Source: a virus
Taxonomy: Duplodnaviria; Heunggongvirae; Uroviricota; Caudoviricetes
Reading direction: 5' to 3' (one strand)
Virus record (IMG/VR): IMGVR_UViG_2703718826_000003
Span: 1-9,878 of that record
Length of the DNA: 9,878 bases
Part shown: positions 1 through 7,424 of the stretch, piece after piece
Layout: each line of letters starts with the position of its first letter
How positions within the stretch are numbered: position 1 is the first letter of the stretch
Notes under the pieces: model-generated
What the model saw: only the letters and a program-made list of their open reading frames with translations
Told to the model about the DNA's origin: nothing
Database searches by the model: none
Made by a program: the position numbers and the translations under genes

Positions 1-1
1 G

Positions 2-265
2 GAACTGGCCAGACATCTAGAATTTACTGTCAGCACCGGCGTTAAAGTTTACTTCTGCGATCCTCAGAGTCCTTGGCAGCGGGGAACAAATGAGAACACA
101 AATGGGCTAATTCGGCAGTACTTTCCTAAAAAGACATGTCTTGCCCAATATACTCAACATGAACTAGATCTGGTTGCTGCTCAGCTAAACAACAGACCGA
201 GAAAGACACTGAAGTTCAAAACACCGAAAGAGATAATTGAAAGGGGTGTTGCATTGACAGATTGA
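2..265 (+). CDS. IS30-family transposase, C-terminal fragment (5' end outside window)
   Basis: Frame 2 is open from window start to TGA at 263-265; translation ELARHLEFTVSTGVKVYFCDPQSPWQRGTNENTNGLIRQYFPKK...ERGVALTD matches my recollection of the IS30 transposase C-terminus including the catalytic-region NENTNGL motif. Confidence 0.85.
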   Translation, partial: ELARHLEFTVSTGVKVYFCDPQSPWQRGTNENTNGLIRQYFPKKTCLAQYTQHELDLVAAQLNNRPRKTLKFKTPKEIIERGVALTD

Positions 266-272
266 ATCTACA
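247..272. repeat. IS30 right terminal inverted repeat (26 bp)
   Basis: TGTTGCATTGACAGATTGAATCTACA, resembling the IS30 terminal repeat from memory; directly abuts unrelated phage DNA. Confidence 0.75.
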
Positions 273-299
273 GTGTTGTATTGTATAAATAGAGTACAT

Positions 300-340
300 A
301 AAGCCATCAATATTTCTATCGATGGCTTTATCTTTTTATT
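300..340. terminator. Hairpin plus T-tract, putative intrinsic terminator (clearest on + strand, possibly bidirectional)
   Basis: Perfect 9-bp stem AAAGCCATC(300-308)/GATGGCTTT(321-329) with 12-nt loop, followed on the + strand by ATCTTTTTATT; sits between the IS30 end and the stop of the minus-strand tail fibre assembly gene. The U-tract on the minus-strand transcript is weaker. Confidence 0.45.
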
Positions 341-914
341 GCGGGGCGACTGGCCACTCAACATCCGCTGCTACTGCTGTATCAACACGATTCAACAATA
401 CCCGATATGTCTTCCATGCAGTCAGTAACGATGCCTCTTCCTCCGTCGCAATATCCAAATCTACGGCATCCTGAAGTGGCGCAATATGCTCACTGGCCAT
501 CTGCATCAGGCTGTTTTTTGTTTCTTCCGCCTTCCGGATCCGGAACAGTTTTTCTGCTTCTGCATCTTTCACCCAGGCTGTGCCGTTCCACTTCTGAAAC
601 TCCCCTTCCGGGGATAACCAGGTGACATTTTCCGGTAATGGGCCAAGTTCAGAAATAAATAACGCGTCGCCGGAAGCCACGTCATAGACGGTTTTTCCCC
701 GATGGTCTTCAACGAGATTCCACGATGCCTCATCACTGTTGAAAACGGCCACGAAGCCAGCCGGAATATCTGGCGGGGCAATATCGGTACTGTTTGCAGG
801 CAGACCTGTATGAGGTGGAATGTATGCATCACCTTCACCAATAAACTCATTGGTTCCAGCCAGTAGATTATAAATTTTTATGGTCCGTGATTGTTCACTC
901 ATTCTGAATGTCAT
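336..914 (-). CDS. tfa: Tail fibre assembly protein (Tfa / Mu-P1 U-type chaperone)
   Basis: 192-aa ORF; N-terminus [48 protein letters not shown] is the typical enterobacterial tail fibre assembly signature as I recall it. Start ATG overlaps the upstream tail-fibre stop (TAATG, minus strand 916-912), indicating translational coupling. Confidence 0.9.
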   Translation of the reverse strand: MTFRMSEQSRTIKIYNLLAGTNEFIGEGDAYIPPHTGLPANSTDIAPPDIPAGFVAVFNSDEASWNLVEDHRGKTVYDVASGDALFISELGPLPENVTWLSPEGEFQKWNGTAWVKDAEAEKLFRIRKAEETKNSLMQMASEHIAPLQDAVDLDIATEEEASLLTAWKTYRVLLNRVDTAVAADVEWPVAPQ

Positions 915-2530
915 TATGCAAGCCTCACAATATAGTTAAATGCGATGTTTTTTACGGTGTTTTCTTCGTTACCCGTAGCGTTAACGGTGATGGTGTGTCC
1001 GTGGGGACCAATAATGACAGAATGGGCATGAGCACCAATGCCGATAGTGTGGTTATGGGCACCGATATATACATTGTGAGCATGCCCTCCTGCGCTCGAC
1101 GTGGTACCAGTACCTAACGCAGCGTTATAACCGGCTGATACACCATTCCCCGCGCCAGTGTGACCAACAGGTATATTGTGTGAATGAGCTCCTGCGCTAT
1201 TTGTGGTTTTTGTGCCGTAATCAAATGAACTGGTCGTTTTAGTACCGTAATCAAACGACGATGTGGTTTTCGTCCCCAAATCCGTACTGGATGCACTGGC
1301 GCTGTGGGTGTGCGATTTAATGCCGTCCTGTTCCTGAGACAATACTGCACGACCACTGGCGGGCTTGCCCTTAATCGTCCAGCTACGCATATCAGGGATC
1401 ACACCTGACGGATAAGCGGCTGCAAGTTTCGGGTATGCAGATTTGTCAAAAGTCTGCCCCTGCATCAGGGCATAACCAGACGGAACGGTATCTGATGGCC
1501 AAGGGATCGGTGCGCCAACCGGATAAAGTTCATGCGGCGAAATATACAGCGAATAAACAGAACCGTCCGTTAATCCTTCCGGCTTATTAGCAGAATATGC
1601 TGGTGAAGTATGAATCGTTACGCTGGCATTACTGGTATAATCCCATTGAATATTTACACCAGTCGCATAATTTCCAATAGCAACGTAAATATCGTAAGTG
1701 TCACCAGAAGTATTGACCCACGCAAAATTTGTAAACCCTGCCGATGTGCGCTGCCATAAAGCTCCAGTAATCCCCTTCGGATTACCGTTACCTGCACGCA
1801 AAACAAGTTCAGATATACCTGCCTGTTGAGGTGACCCCACGTTAAATCCCGCGCCACCAATCAACGTAATTGAAACAACAGAACTTGCCTGCGGCATGGT
1901 TACAGTTGCCAGCTTGAACCATCCTGCACCACCACTAAAAGACATTGTTGTGGAGTTGATTGTGCCTATAGACCGTGGGTTAAGTTCAATATCTTTAGAA
2001 CCATCAAACGAGACGCCATTGATAGCACATGCTGTCTGCAACTTGGTCGCTGTAGCCGCATTACCAGAGGTGTCCTGATTCCCTTTGGCATTGACGCCGG
2101 GAATTGAATCTTTTGACGTATAGACCTGCGCCCATTCAGACCAGTTGGCAGAATCAGTATCCCGCCGCGAACGGATATGTACGGGCGCATGGGCACCGCT
2201 CGTGCCACTCCAGCCAATGAATAACTCACCTTCGCCAGCAGCGGTGGCACCTTTAAGGTGAAGCACATTGCCATAGGGGGAAGGGTAGCCATTGTTGTAT
2301 GCCTCATACAGCTGAATCCCGGATGTTCCCTGTGCATTCGCCTCCAGGGCCGTTACGCGACCGCGAGATACCAGAGTATTGATATTAATGTCAGCCGAAC
2401 CATCGAACCTGACGCCATTAATGTTTCTGGCTGTTTTTAATTTCGTCGCGGTGTCGGCGTTCCCCGCCAGCGCCCCGGTGATCCCACCGTTGAAAGTCTG
2501 GCGTGCACTCCATGTGTTAGCCGTGCTCAA
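914..2530 (-). CDS. Tail fibre protein, variable C-terminal (receptor-binding) cassette, Sv/Sv'-like; no canonical start, frame open upstream to 2608 through the crossover site
   Basis: 538-aa ORF with two tail-fibre repeat units (GNADTATKL...[15 protein letters not shown] and [29 protein letters not shown]), a His-x-His-rich C-terminus, and a downstream coupled chaperone gene. First conventional start is TTG at 2530; in-frame translation continues upstream across the cix-like site with no stop until TAA at 2609-2611, consistent with a cassette fused to a constant 5' part by inversion. Confidence 0.85.
   Translation of the reverse strand: MSTANTWSARQTFNGGITGALAGNADTATKLKTARNINGVRFDGSADININTLVSRGRVTALEANAQGTSGIQLYEAYNNGYPSPYGNVLHLKGATAAGEGELFIGWSGTSGAHAPVHIRSRRDTDSANWSEWAQVYTSKDSIPGVNAKGNQDTSGNAATATKLQTACAINGVSFDGSKDIELNPRSIGTINSTTMSFSGGAGWFKLATVTMPQASSVVSITLIGGAGFNVGSPQQAGISELVLRAGNGNPKGITGALWQRTSAGFTNFAWVNTSGDTYDIYVAIGNYATGVNIQWDYTSNASVTIHTSPAYSANKPEGLTDGSVYSLYISPHELYPVGAPIPWPSDTVPSGYALMQGQTFDKSAYPKLAAAYPSGVIPDMRSWTIKGKPASGRAVLSQEQDGIKSHTHSASASSTDLGTKTTSSFDYGTKTTSSFDYGTKTTNSAGAHSHNIPVGHTGAGNGVSAGYNAALGTGTTSSAGGHAHNVYIGAHNHTIGIGAHAHSVIIGPHGHTITVNATGNEENTVKNIAFNYIVRLA
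1202..1276 (-). repeat. In-frame 30-bp tandem coding repeat (2.5 copies) in the tail fibre gene
   Basis: Encodes [25 protein letters not shown]. Units 1247-1276 and 1217-1246 are identical at protein level but differ at roughly 11 of 30 nucleotides, almost all synonymous. Confidence 0.7.
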
Positions 2531-2560
2531 CAGGGGGATCTTTTCACCGCTTGTGCCAAG

Positions 2561-2586
2561 TTCTCTTAAACCAAGGTTTAGGATTG
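2561..2586. other. cix/gix-type crossover site for the adjacent serine invertase
   Basis: TTCTCTTAAACC-AA-GGTTTAGGATTG: 26-bp imperfect dyad (9 of 12 half-site positions symmetric) around a central AA, with the AAACC..GGTTT core shared by hix/gix/cix/pix sites. It overlaps the invertase stop codon (2578-2580) and the tail fibre frame reads through it. Confidence 0.8.
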
Positions 2587-3138
2587 AAATGATGACGCCG
2601 GAAACTTCTTATAAAGCGTGGAAACAGCCACATCATAGATGATTGCAACCTGCTTACGGGGGATGCCCTTCTCGAGCAATCGCCGCATTTGCTGCCATGT
2701 TTCTTCTTGGTATTTAGGCCGACGCCCACCTATACGACCTTCTGCGCGAGCTGCATCAAGTCCAGCGCGTGTACGTTCAACGATAAGCTCACGTTCCATT
2801 TCTGCCAGCGCCCCCATTACGTGAAAGAAAAAGCGCCCCATTGGTGTACTGGTGTCGATGGAGTCAGTGAGACTCCGGAAGTTAATGCCTCTGTCACGCA
2901 GCTCTTCCACCAGCACAACTAAGTGACGCATGCTGCGCCCAAGACGATCTAACTTCCATACGACTAGGGTGTCACCTCTGGAAAGCATACGGAGAACCTT
3001 TTTTAACCCAGGGCGTTCAGCCTTTTTGCCGCTCGCCTTGTCCTCAAAAATTAGCTTACATCCTGCGCTTTCAAGGGCATTTCGTTGTAAAGCAGTGTTT
3101 TGTTCATTTGTTGATACGCGTACATAGCCAATTAGCAT
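2578..3138 (-). CDS. cin: Serine DNA invertase, Cin/Gin/Pin/Hin family (186 aa)
   Basis: N-terminus [22 protein letters not shown] with catalytic Ser in the RVSTNEQ motif, conserved [15 protein letters not shown] and GRIGGRRPK segments, and a C-terminal helix-turn-helix-like [13 protein letters not shown]. Length 186 aa, same as P1 Cin as I recall. Gene ends within the crossover site. Confidence 0.93.
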   Translation of the reverse strand: MLIGYVRVSTNEQNTALQRNALESAGCKLIFEDKASGKKAERPGLKKVLRMLSRGDTLVVWKLDRLGRSMRHLVVLVEELRDRGINFRSLTDSIDTSTPMGRFFFHVMGALAEMERELIVERTRAGLDAARAEGRIGGRRPKYQEETWQQMRRLLEKGIPRKQVAIIYDVAVSTLYKKFPASSFQS

Positions 3139-3265
3139 ATTTTCTGCTCACCATAGTTATTCATAGCAAGCTGCGGATTTTAATTAACAGAAACCAGTGT
3201 GTGTGGAAATCACAAAGTGCATACCGTGCCCCAATGATGTTTTATTGAAAAGCGGGGTTACTTTA
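3139..3265. promoter_or_regulatory. Divergent intergenic control region between the invertase gene and the plus-strand operon (promoters not resolved)
   Basis: 127-bp AT-rich spacer between divergent starts. One weak sigma70-like candidate for the invertase on the minus strand: -35 TTAATT (complement of 3182-3187), 16-bp spacer, -10 TATGAA (complement of 3160-3165). No confident plus-strand promoter identified by eye. Confidence 0.25.
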
Positions 3266-3547
3266 ATGTTTGATTTAACCATATTTTTTATAACCATCCT
3301 TGGAGGCGTGCATTCGTTTCTGAATGGGGTTCGTGAAAAACGTTACGAAGCGTCATGCAGGCAATTGATGGCCGAGTGTATTGCTGCCGTACTTGCAGGC
3401 TTTATAGGCATGTATTTCGCGGAATATAAGGGTATGGATGAAAGTCTTCAGAATTGCGTGACTATTATTTGCAGCATCAATAACAGGCTCATTCTTGAAA
3501 AGTTACAAAGGATTATCGATTCGTACCTCAGTAGCAATGCCTCTTAA
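3266..3547 (+). CDS. Small holin-like membrane protein (two predicted transmembrane helices); possibly LydC-like
   Basis: ORF track gives 3197-3547 from a GTG with no ribosome-binding site. ATG at 3266 is preceded by GGGG 8 nt upstream and gives a 93-aa protein with two hydrophobic segments (LTIFFITILGGVHSFL, IAAVLAGFIGMYFAEY). Start and function uncertain. Confidence 0.5.
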   Translation: MFDLTIFFITILGGVHSFLNGVREKRYEASCRQLMAECIAAVLAGFIGMYFAEYKGMDESLQNCVTIICSINNRLILEKLQRIIDSYLSSNAS

Positions 3548-3587
3548 GCAACAAATGACCGGTTGAGAAGTTACTTTGCATACCATT

Positions 3588-3609
3588 ACCTCCTGACAAC
3601 GTAGGAGGG
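3588..3609 (+). promoter_or_regulatory. Hairpin pairing the Shine-Dalgarno sequence of the downstream holin gene with an upstream anti-SD
   Basis: CCTCCT (3589-3594) and AGGAGG (3603-3608) form a 6-bp stem with an 8-nt loop; AGGAGG is the ribosome-binding site 6 nt upstream of the GTG start at 3615. Confidence 0.4.
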
Positions 3610-3614
3610 AACTT

Positions 3615-3944
3615 GTGCTTGACACACAGGAATTAGCTCCAGTTGCTATTGCGCTCCTGCTTTCAGTAATTGGTGGGATAGGCACGTTCCTGATGGATGT
3701 CCGAGACGGTCGCCAGTCTGGCAATTTGTTGGGATTGGTTACGGAGATCTTTGTTGCAGTGACAGCTGGCGCGGTGGCGTACCTATTGGGGCAACACGAG
3801 GGCTGGGAGTTATCAATTACGTACTTAATGGTAACGATAGCCAGCAATAACGGTCATGAGGTGATTTCAGGGATGAAACGAGTGAATATCGATAGCATTC
3901 TGAATGTTCTTACAAGTTTGGTGAAAAAGGGAGGCGGGAAATGA
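3615..3944 (+). CDS. lydA: Holin (LydA-like), 109 aa
   Basis: GTG start with strong AGGAGG ribosome-binding site; hydrophobic segments LAPVAIALLLSVIGGIGTFL and LLGLVTEIFVAVTAGAVAYLL, charged C-terminal tail KKGGGK; size and position match P1 lydA as I recall it. Stop overlaps the next start (ATGA). Confidence 0.7.
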   Translation: MLDTQELAPVAIALLLSVIGGIGTFLMDVRDGRQSGNLLGLVTEIFVAVTAGAVAYLLGQHEGWELSITYLMVTIASNNGHEVISGMKRVNIDSILNVLTSLVKKGGGK

Positions 3945-4384
3945 TTGGCTGGGGTGTATGCGTTCTTGCGTTAGCCTTAGCCGATCGCTATTTGCTAAAA
4001 CGCAAGGACATCACGCATTTAGAACTTGGTGATGTGGAAATTAAACCGGGTTTCATCCGGGTGCCGTTCAAATACCGGTCTAAATTCCCGTTTTTGCGCG
4101 GCGCAACAGTCAGATATTGGATCCGCGATGTTCAGAAGCCGACGACAGTGATTGAAGGCGAACAACGTTGTTTGACGTCGGCTGAACAGGGCGAAAACAG
4201 TGAATGGTTGTACATACCCACTGAATATATGGGTAAAGGAGAGCGACTGTGGCATTTCAACGTCATGGTTACGCATGGCGACTCGTTCATTAACCCGTTG
4301 TATCGGATTTTCCCTGTTACTCAGCAAATCCGCAGAAGTTACGTAATAAATCTCGCACAGGATGTGTCAGATGACGAAAAATAA
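3941..4384 (+). CDS. lydB: LydB-like protein (putative antiholin / lysis regulator), 147 aa, N-terminal membrane anchor
   Basis: ATG overlaps the holin stop (ATGA at 3941-3944) with an AGGGAGG ribosome-binding site inside the 3' end of the holin gene; N-terminal hydrophobic stretch MIGWGVCVLALALA then a soluble domain. Assignment rests on size and order relative to P1. Confidence 0.55.
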   Translation: MIGWGVCVLALALADRYLLKRKDITHLELGDVEIKPGFIRVPFKYRSKFPFLRGATVRYWIRDVQKPTTVIEGEQRCLTSAEQGENSEWLYIPTEYMGKGERLWHFNVMVTHGDSFINPLYRIFPVTQQIRRSYVINLAQDVSDDEK

Positions 4385-4973
4385 GTATGCAACGGTCGAT
4401 TTTGACCAGGTTAATGAAAAGGGGCTGAAATCCCTTATCGCGGCGATCAATAAAACCGGGGTTACGGTAATTGAGGTTGACTCCAGCAACCGCGCAACAA
4501 CGAAAGATGGCGTTAAAGTTAAAACCGCAAAGCTGGTTCTTAACGACGGACAAATCCTTGCCATACAGGTAAACGATACTGGCGATATATCGTCTGTGAA
4601 ACTGAATGGAAAAGCTATTCCTAACGCTCAGTCGCCGGATATCAAGACGCTTGGTACCGTCATGGGACAGGCGGCCCGCAAAAACTCCGCAAAATTCCAG
4701 AAATCACTGATCGCCAAAGCGAAGCGTGTAGCCAATCCGGTAGACAAGAAACCGGCAGTTAAATCCAACTTTCAGCGCCTGCAAGAAGCAAAACAGCGGA
4801 ATGCTCAGGTGGTTGCCGCTTATAAGTCCGCGCAGAATTCGGTGTCTTTCAATCAACAGCAGATCACTGATTTGCGGGCGAAGCTGGATAAGGAGACGGG
4901 CCGACTCAATAACGAAAAGGCACGGAATGGCGAACTCAAACGTCGTCTTAAGCAACTGAAAGCAGGAAATTAA
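4371..4973 (+). CDS. Hdf/DarA-family protein (short paralogue), about 200 aa, C-terminal coiled coil
   Basis: ATG at 4371 has AGGA 8 nt upstream (the ORF-track start at 4362 has none). Contains the KNSAKFQ motif followed by a predicted coiled coil; the same motif and architecture recur in the next protein. Confidence 0.6.
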   Translation: MTKNKYATVDFDQVNEKGLKSLIAAINKTGVTVIEVDSSNRATTKDGVKVKTAKLVLNDGQILAIQVNDTGDISSVKLNGKAIPNAQSPDIKTLGTVMGQAARKNSAKFQKSLIAKAKRVANPVDKKPAVKSNFQRLQEAKQRNAQVVAAYKSAQNSVSFNQQQITDLRAKLDKETGRLNNEKARNGELKRRLKQLKAGN

Positions 4974-4974
4974 C

Positions 4975-6006
4975 ATGGAACAGTTCAATATCAATAAAGG
5001 GGTGACGATCAAGCCTGGGCTTGACGTGCTTCCCCCGCCAGTGACTGATGATGAATATCGCGCATTAATGGCCGGTGAGGACCGCTATCTGATGACGGAA
5101 TCCAACACCCTGGAGGAAATCGAGGCTACGTTCTTCTATGACACGCCGATCCACTGGTGTGCTACGGATTTACTGGAGGCGATTAGTTCTACTCGTTTGC
5201 AGTTACACCGGACCATGCAGGCATTTGTCCGGGCATTGAACCAGAAGCTGAATGGCACCGGAATCTCTGCGGGGAGTGATAAAACGGGGGATGTGGCCCA
5301 GAGCGGCGCGCGCGCGATCGGCGGTGCTGAAATTGGCCGGGCACGGAACGTTAACGGGCTGCCGGTCCTGCCAGCCATTATTCCGCTCAGTGATGGTCAG
5401 ACTATCAGCATTCTGTTTCATAGCCCGACAGCGGAAAACCGGATCACCAATAGCGATACGCTGGTTGCTTTCCAGTTCTTACTGAATAAAAAAGACGTTA
5501 CTCACACCGTTGCTCCGATGAGTGGACGTGATATGACGCTGGCGCAGGTCACCATGAAACTTGCCAACCTTGCAGAGAAAAACTCGGCAAAATTCCAGCG
5601 TGCGCAGAAGAAGAAAAAAGCCCTGGTTGATGAAATAACCCAACTACAGGCTGACAGTGACCAGAAAGAGGATGCCATGAGCGACCTCGCGGATCAGGTG
5701 GCAGCGGTAGAAGGGCAGAAGGTAGATCTGGAGCAGAAAATTAACGCTGTTGCATCGGAAGCGGATTCTCTTTATGAAGAGAATGAGCGTTTGCAGACGG
5801 AGATTGATCAGCTCAATCGCACTGGTGGGCGCGAAACCATTGCTCCTGCGGGGATGACTGGTGGACACTCTCGCGCGATGACGGATCGCCTTGCAAGTAT
5901 CAAAAATCGTATGCATATGAACGGGGAAGTGACGCTCAGTAATGGTGCATCAATGAAGCAATTCATTGAGGACGGTGAAGGGTATATCCAGTTAACTGGG
6001 ATGTGA
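4975..6006 (+). CDS. DarA-like protein (antirestriction / head-morphogenesis family), 343 aa
   Basis: ATG 4975 with AGGA 7 nt upstream, 1 nt after the previous stop. Contains KNSAKFQ followed by a long heptad-like coiled coil (LVDEITQLQADSDQKEDAMSDLADQVAAVEGQKVDLEQKINAV...). Naming by analogy to the P1 darA operon from memory. Confidence 0.6.
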   Translation: MEQFNINKGVTIKPGLDVLPPPVTDDEYRALMAGEDRYLMTESNTLEEIEATFFYDTPIHWCATDLLEAISSTRLQLHRTMQAFVRALNQKLNGTGISAGSDKTGDVAQSGARAIGGAEIGRARNVNGLPVLPAIIPLSDGQTISILFHSPTAENRITNSDTLVAFQFLLNKKDVTHTVAPMSGRDMTLAQVTMKLANLAEKNSAKFQRAQKKKKALVDEITQLQADSDQKEDAMSDLADQVAAVEGQKVDLEQKINAVASEADSLYEENERLQTEIDQLNRTGGRETIAPAGMTGGHSRAMTDRLASIKNRMHMNGEVTLSNGASMKQFIEDGEGYIQLTGM

Positions 6007-7391
6007 AGACGCTGGATAAACAGGTTGATGTAACTCCCGATGAAGATGCTGTTATGCAGAAAATCAGTGGTGGCGTCTCCATCGCCGGGATTAACGACAT
6101 CATTTCCTGTGACGATTTCTACCGTTTCCAGCAGCGCGGCATGATCAAAATCACTGACTCATACGGCGTTCAGACTACAGAGTCAGGCTATAGCATTGAT
6201 TTTGTTGGTACCTATACGGACCCACTGAAGCATGCGGTTTACCCGGATCGCCGTGACGGCGCGCTGAAGTCGTCAATTGCAAAATGGGTGCTTGGTATGA
6301 TGTCGGAAGGGAATAACCGCCAGATCCGTTCGGCAGAAACATTCCTGGTTGAACTGTTTGGCTCCAATTATGGCGATGTAATCGCGTCATACGGAGATAC
6401 GCTATCCCCTGAAGCAATTCAGGAGAAAATAGCGGATGCGATCGCCAGAATGCCGGAAAAAACAAGCCAGGGGGCTACTCGTAACGGGGATTCTGAACTT
6501 GAAGTCACCAATGCCATTTTCGGTACCAATGAGTTCCGGGCGTCAGATTATGAGATCACCACAGCACAGTTTGGCACCATTGGCATTTACAGCAATAAAG
6601 CCGAGATCAAGCAGGCAATGGACGCAGCAAGCGCGCGCATCGCAGCAGAACGGGAAGCCAATCTGAATCATGCAGTCGCCGCACTGACTCAATCGTGGGT
6701 AACAGCAATCAGGGAGGCCGCCACCACAGGGAAAATCACACCTGCAATTGCGGATGTCGTAAACGACGGCTCTAAATTTATGGATGCCTATCAAATGGAT
6801 GCGGTGCAGTTGCCATCAGCCTATGGCCAACTCAGCTATCGCATGACCTACAACCTGGTATCAATGTTTACTGACCTTGCCATCCTTGGGCTGGTGGACC
6901 TTAACGAGGTTACGCCGGAATTACTCAGCATGCGCAAGAATCATGTTGAGATATTGCAGAGAATTAACACGGTTCTTGCCGGGCGCACCGATGAAGAGAA
7001 ACAGGCCGACGCTGATCGGATAAACCTGGCCCTAGGCAACATCACGGAGGAAGAAATTGCCGCCAGAAACGAGAAACAAGAAGAGTTATCATCAATACAG
7101 GGTGATGCCACCAGCATAGCTCAGTCTCTTGGGCTGAATTATCGCGTATCCACCGCCGACCTGAAGATGATGTACGCACCAAAATTCGCCGCTGGCGAGG
7201 TATTTGGGCTTCAGGAAGCCTCCGGCATGAAAGGGGTTCTTTTCCGTGCGAAAGACGCAATCAAGGCGAAATTCGGCGCTCGCTGGTTGCCAGCGAAGGC
7301 GAAGAACAGCGACTTCCCAGGTAACTGGTGGATTATCGAGACAAAACACAACGTGGCGGACGTTCTGGCCGTCATCCAACAATACGCATAA
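6003..7391 (+). CDS. Hypothetical protein of the Dar-like operon, 462 aa (possibly the C-terminal portion or partner of DarA)
   Basis: Long ORF with GTG start overlapping the upstream stop (ATGTGA at 6001-6006); coding-like composition; no motif I can assign. Confidence 0.6.
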   Translation: MKTLDKQVDVTPDEDAVMQKISGGVSIAGINDIISCDDFYRFQQRGMIKITDSYGVQTTESGYSIDFVGTYTDPLKHAVYPDRRDGALKSSIAKWVLGMMSEGNNRQIRSAETFLVELFGSNYGDVIASYGDTLSPEAIQEKIADAIARMPEKTSQGATRNGDSELEVTNAIFGTNEFRASDYEITTAQFGTIGIYSNKAEIKQAMDAASARIAAEREANLNHAVAALTQSWVTAIREAATTGKITPAIADVVNDGSKFMDAYQMDAVQLPSAYGQLSYRMTYNLVSMFTDLAILGLVDLNEVTPELLSMRKNHVEILQRINTVLAGRTDEEKQADADRINLALGNITEEEIAARNEKQEELSSIQGDATSIAQSLGLNYRVSTADLKMMYAPKFAAGEVFGLQEASGMKGVLFRAKDAIKAKFGARWLPAKAKNSDFPGNWWIIETKHNVADVLAVIQQYA

Positions 7392-7396
7392 CAGGA

Positions 7397-7416
7397 GCGC
7401 CCGGTTCGCCGGGCGT
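7397..7416 (+). other. GC-rich hairpin with UUCG tetraloop in the intergenic spacer
   Basis: GCGCCCGG-TTCG-CCGGGCGT, 7-8 bp GC stem closing a UUCG tetraloop, between the stop at 7389-7391 and the ATG at 7425; not followed by a U-tract. Confidence 0.5.
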
Positions 7417-7424
7417 CGCATAAT

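Larger units (their letters stand above)
1..272 (+). mobile_element. IS30 insertion sequence, right-hand end only (element continues left of the window)
   Basis: Transposase C-terminus plus 26-bp terminal repeat ending TGAATCTACA at 272; stop codon lies inside the terminal repeat, as I recall for IS30. Left end not in window, so target duplication cannot be checked. Confidence 0.85.

Noticed and set aside
407-1117. Small ORFs 407-625 (+), 569-850 (-) and 908-1117 (+) overlapping the tail fibre assembly and tail fibre genes
   Set aside because: Embedded in alternative frames or antisense to well-supported genes, with no ribosome-binding sites or recognisable products.
1202-1276. The 30-bp tandem repeat as a CRISPR-like or minisatellite array
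   Set aside because: Only 2.5 in-frame copies inside a coding region, no spacers, units diverged; it is a protein-level repeat.
1114-2440. ORFs 1114-1356 (-), 1654-1860 (-), 1896-2078 (+), 1966-2337 (-), 2258-2440 (+) inside the tail fibre gene
   Set aside because: Out-of-frame or antisense overlaps of the 538-aa tail fibre ORF; low-complexity translations.
2379-3127. ORFs 2379-2642 (+), 2544-2729 (-), 2639-2824 (+), 2689-2922 (+), 2930-3127 (+) across the crossover site and antisense to the invertase gene
   Set aside because: Overlap the strongly supported invertase or tail fibre frames; no independent support.
3197-3265. Upstream GTG extension of the first holin-like ORF (track start 3197)
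   Set aside because: No ribosome-binding site before 3197 and the added residues are Cys/Pro-rich; the ATG at 3266 with a GGGG motif upstream is more plausible.
7397-7416. The UUCG hairpin as a Rho-independent terminator
   Set aside because: No U-tract follows the stem on either strand; kept only as an RNA structural element.
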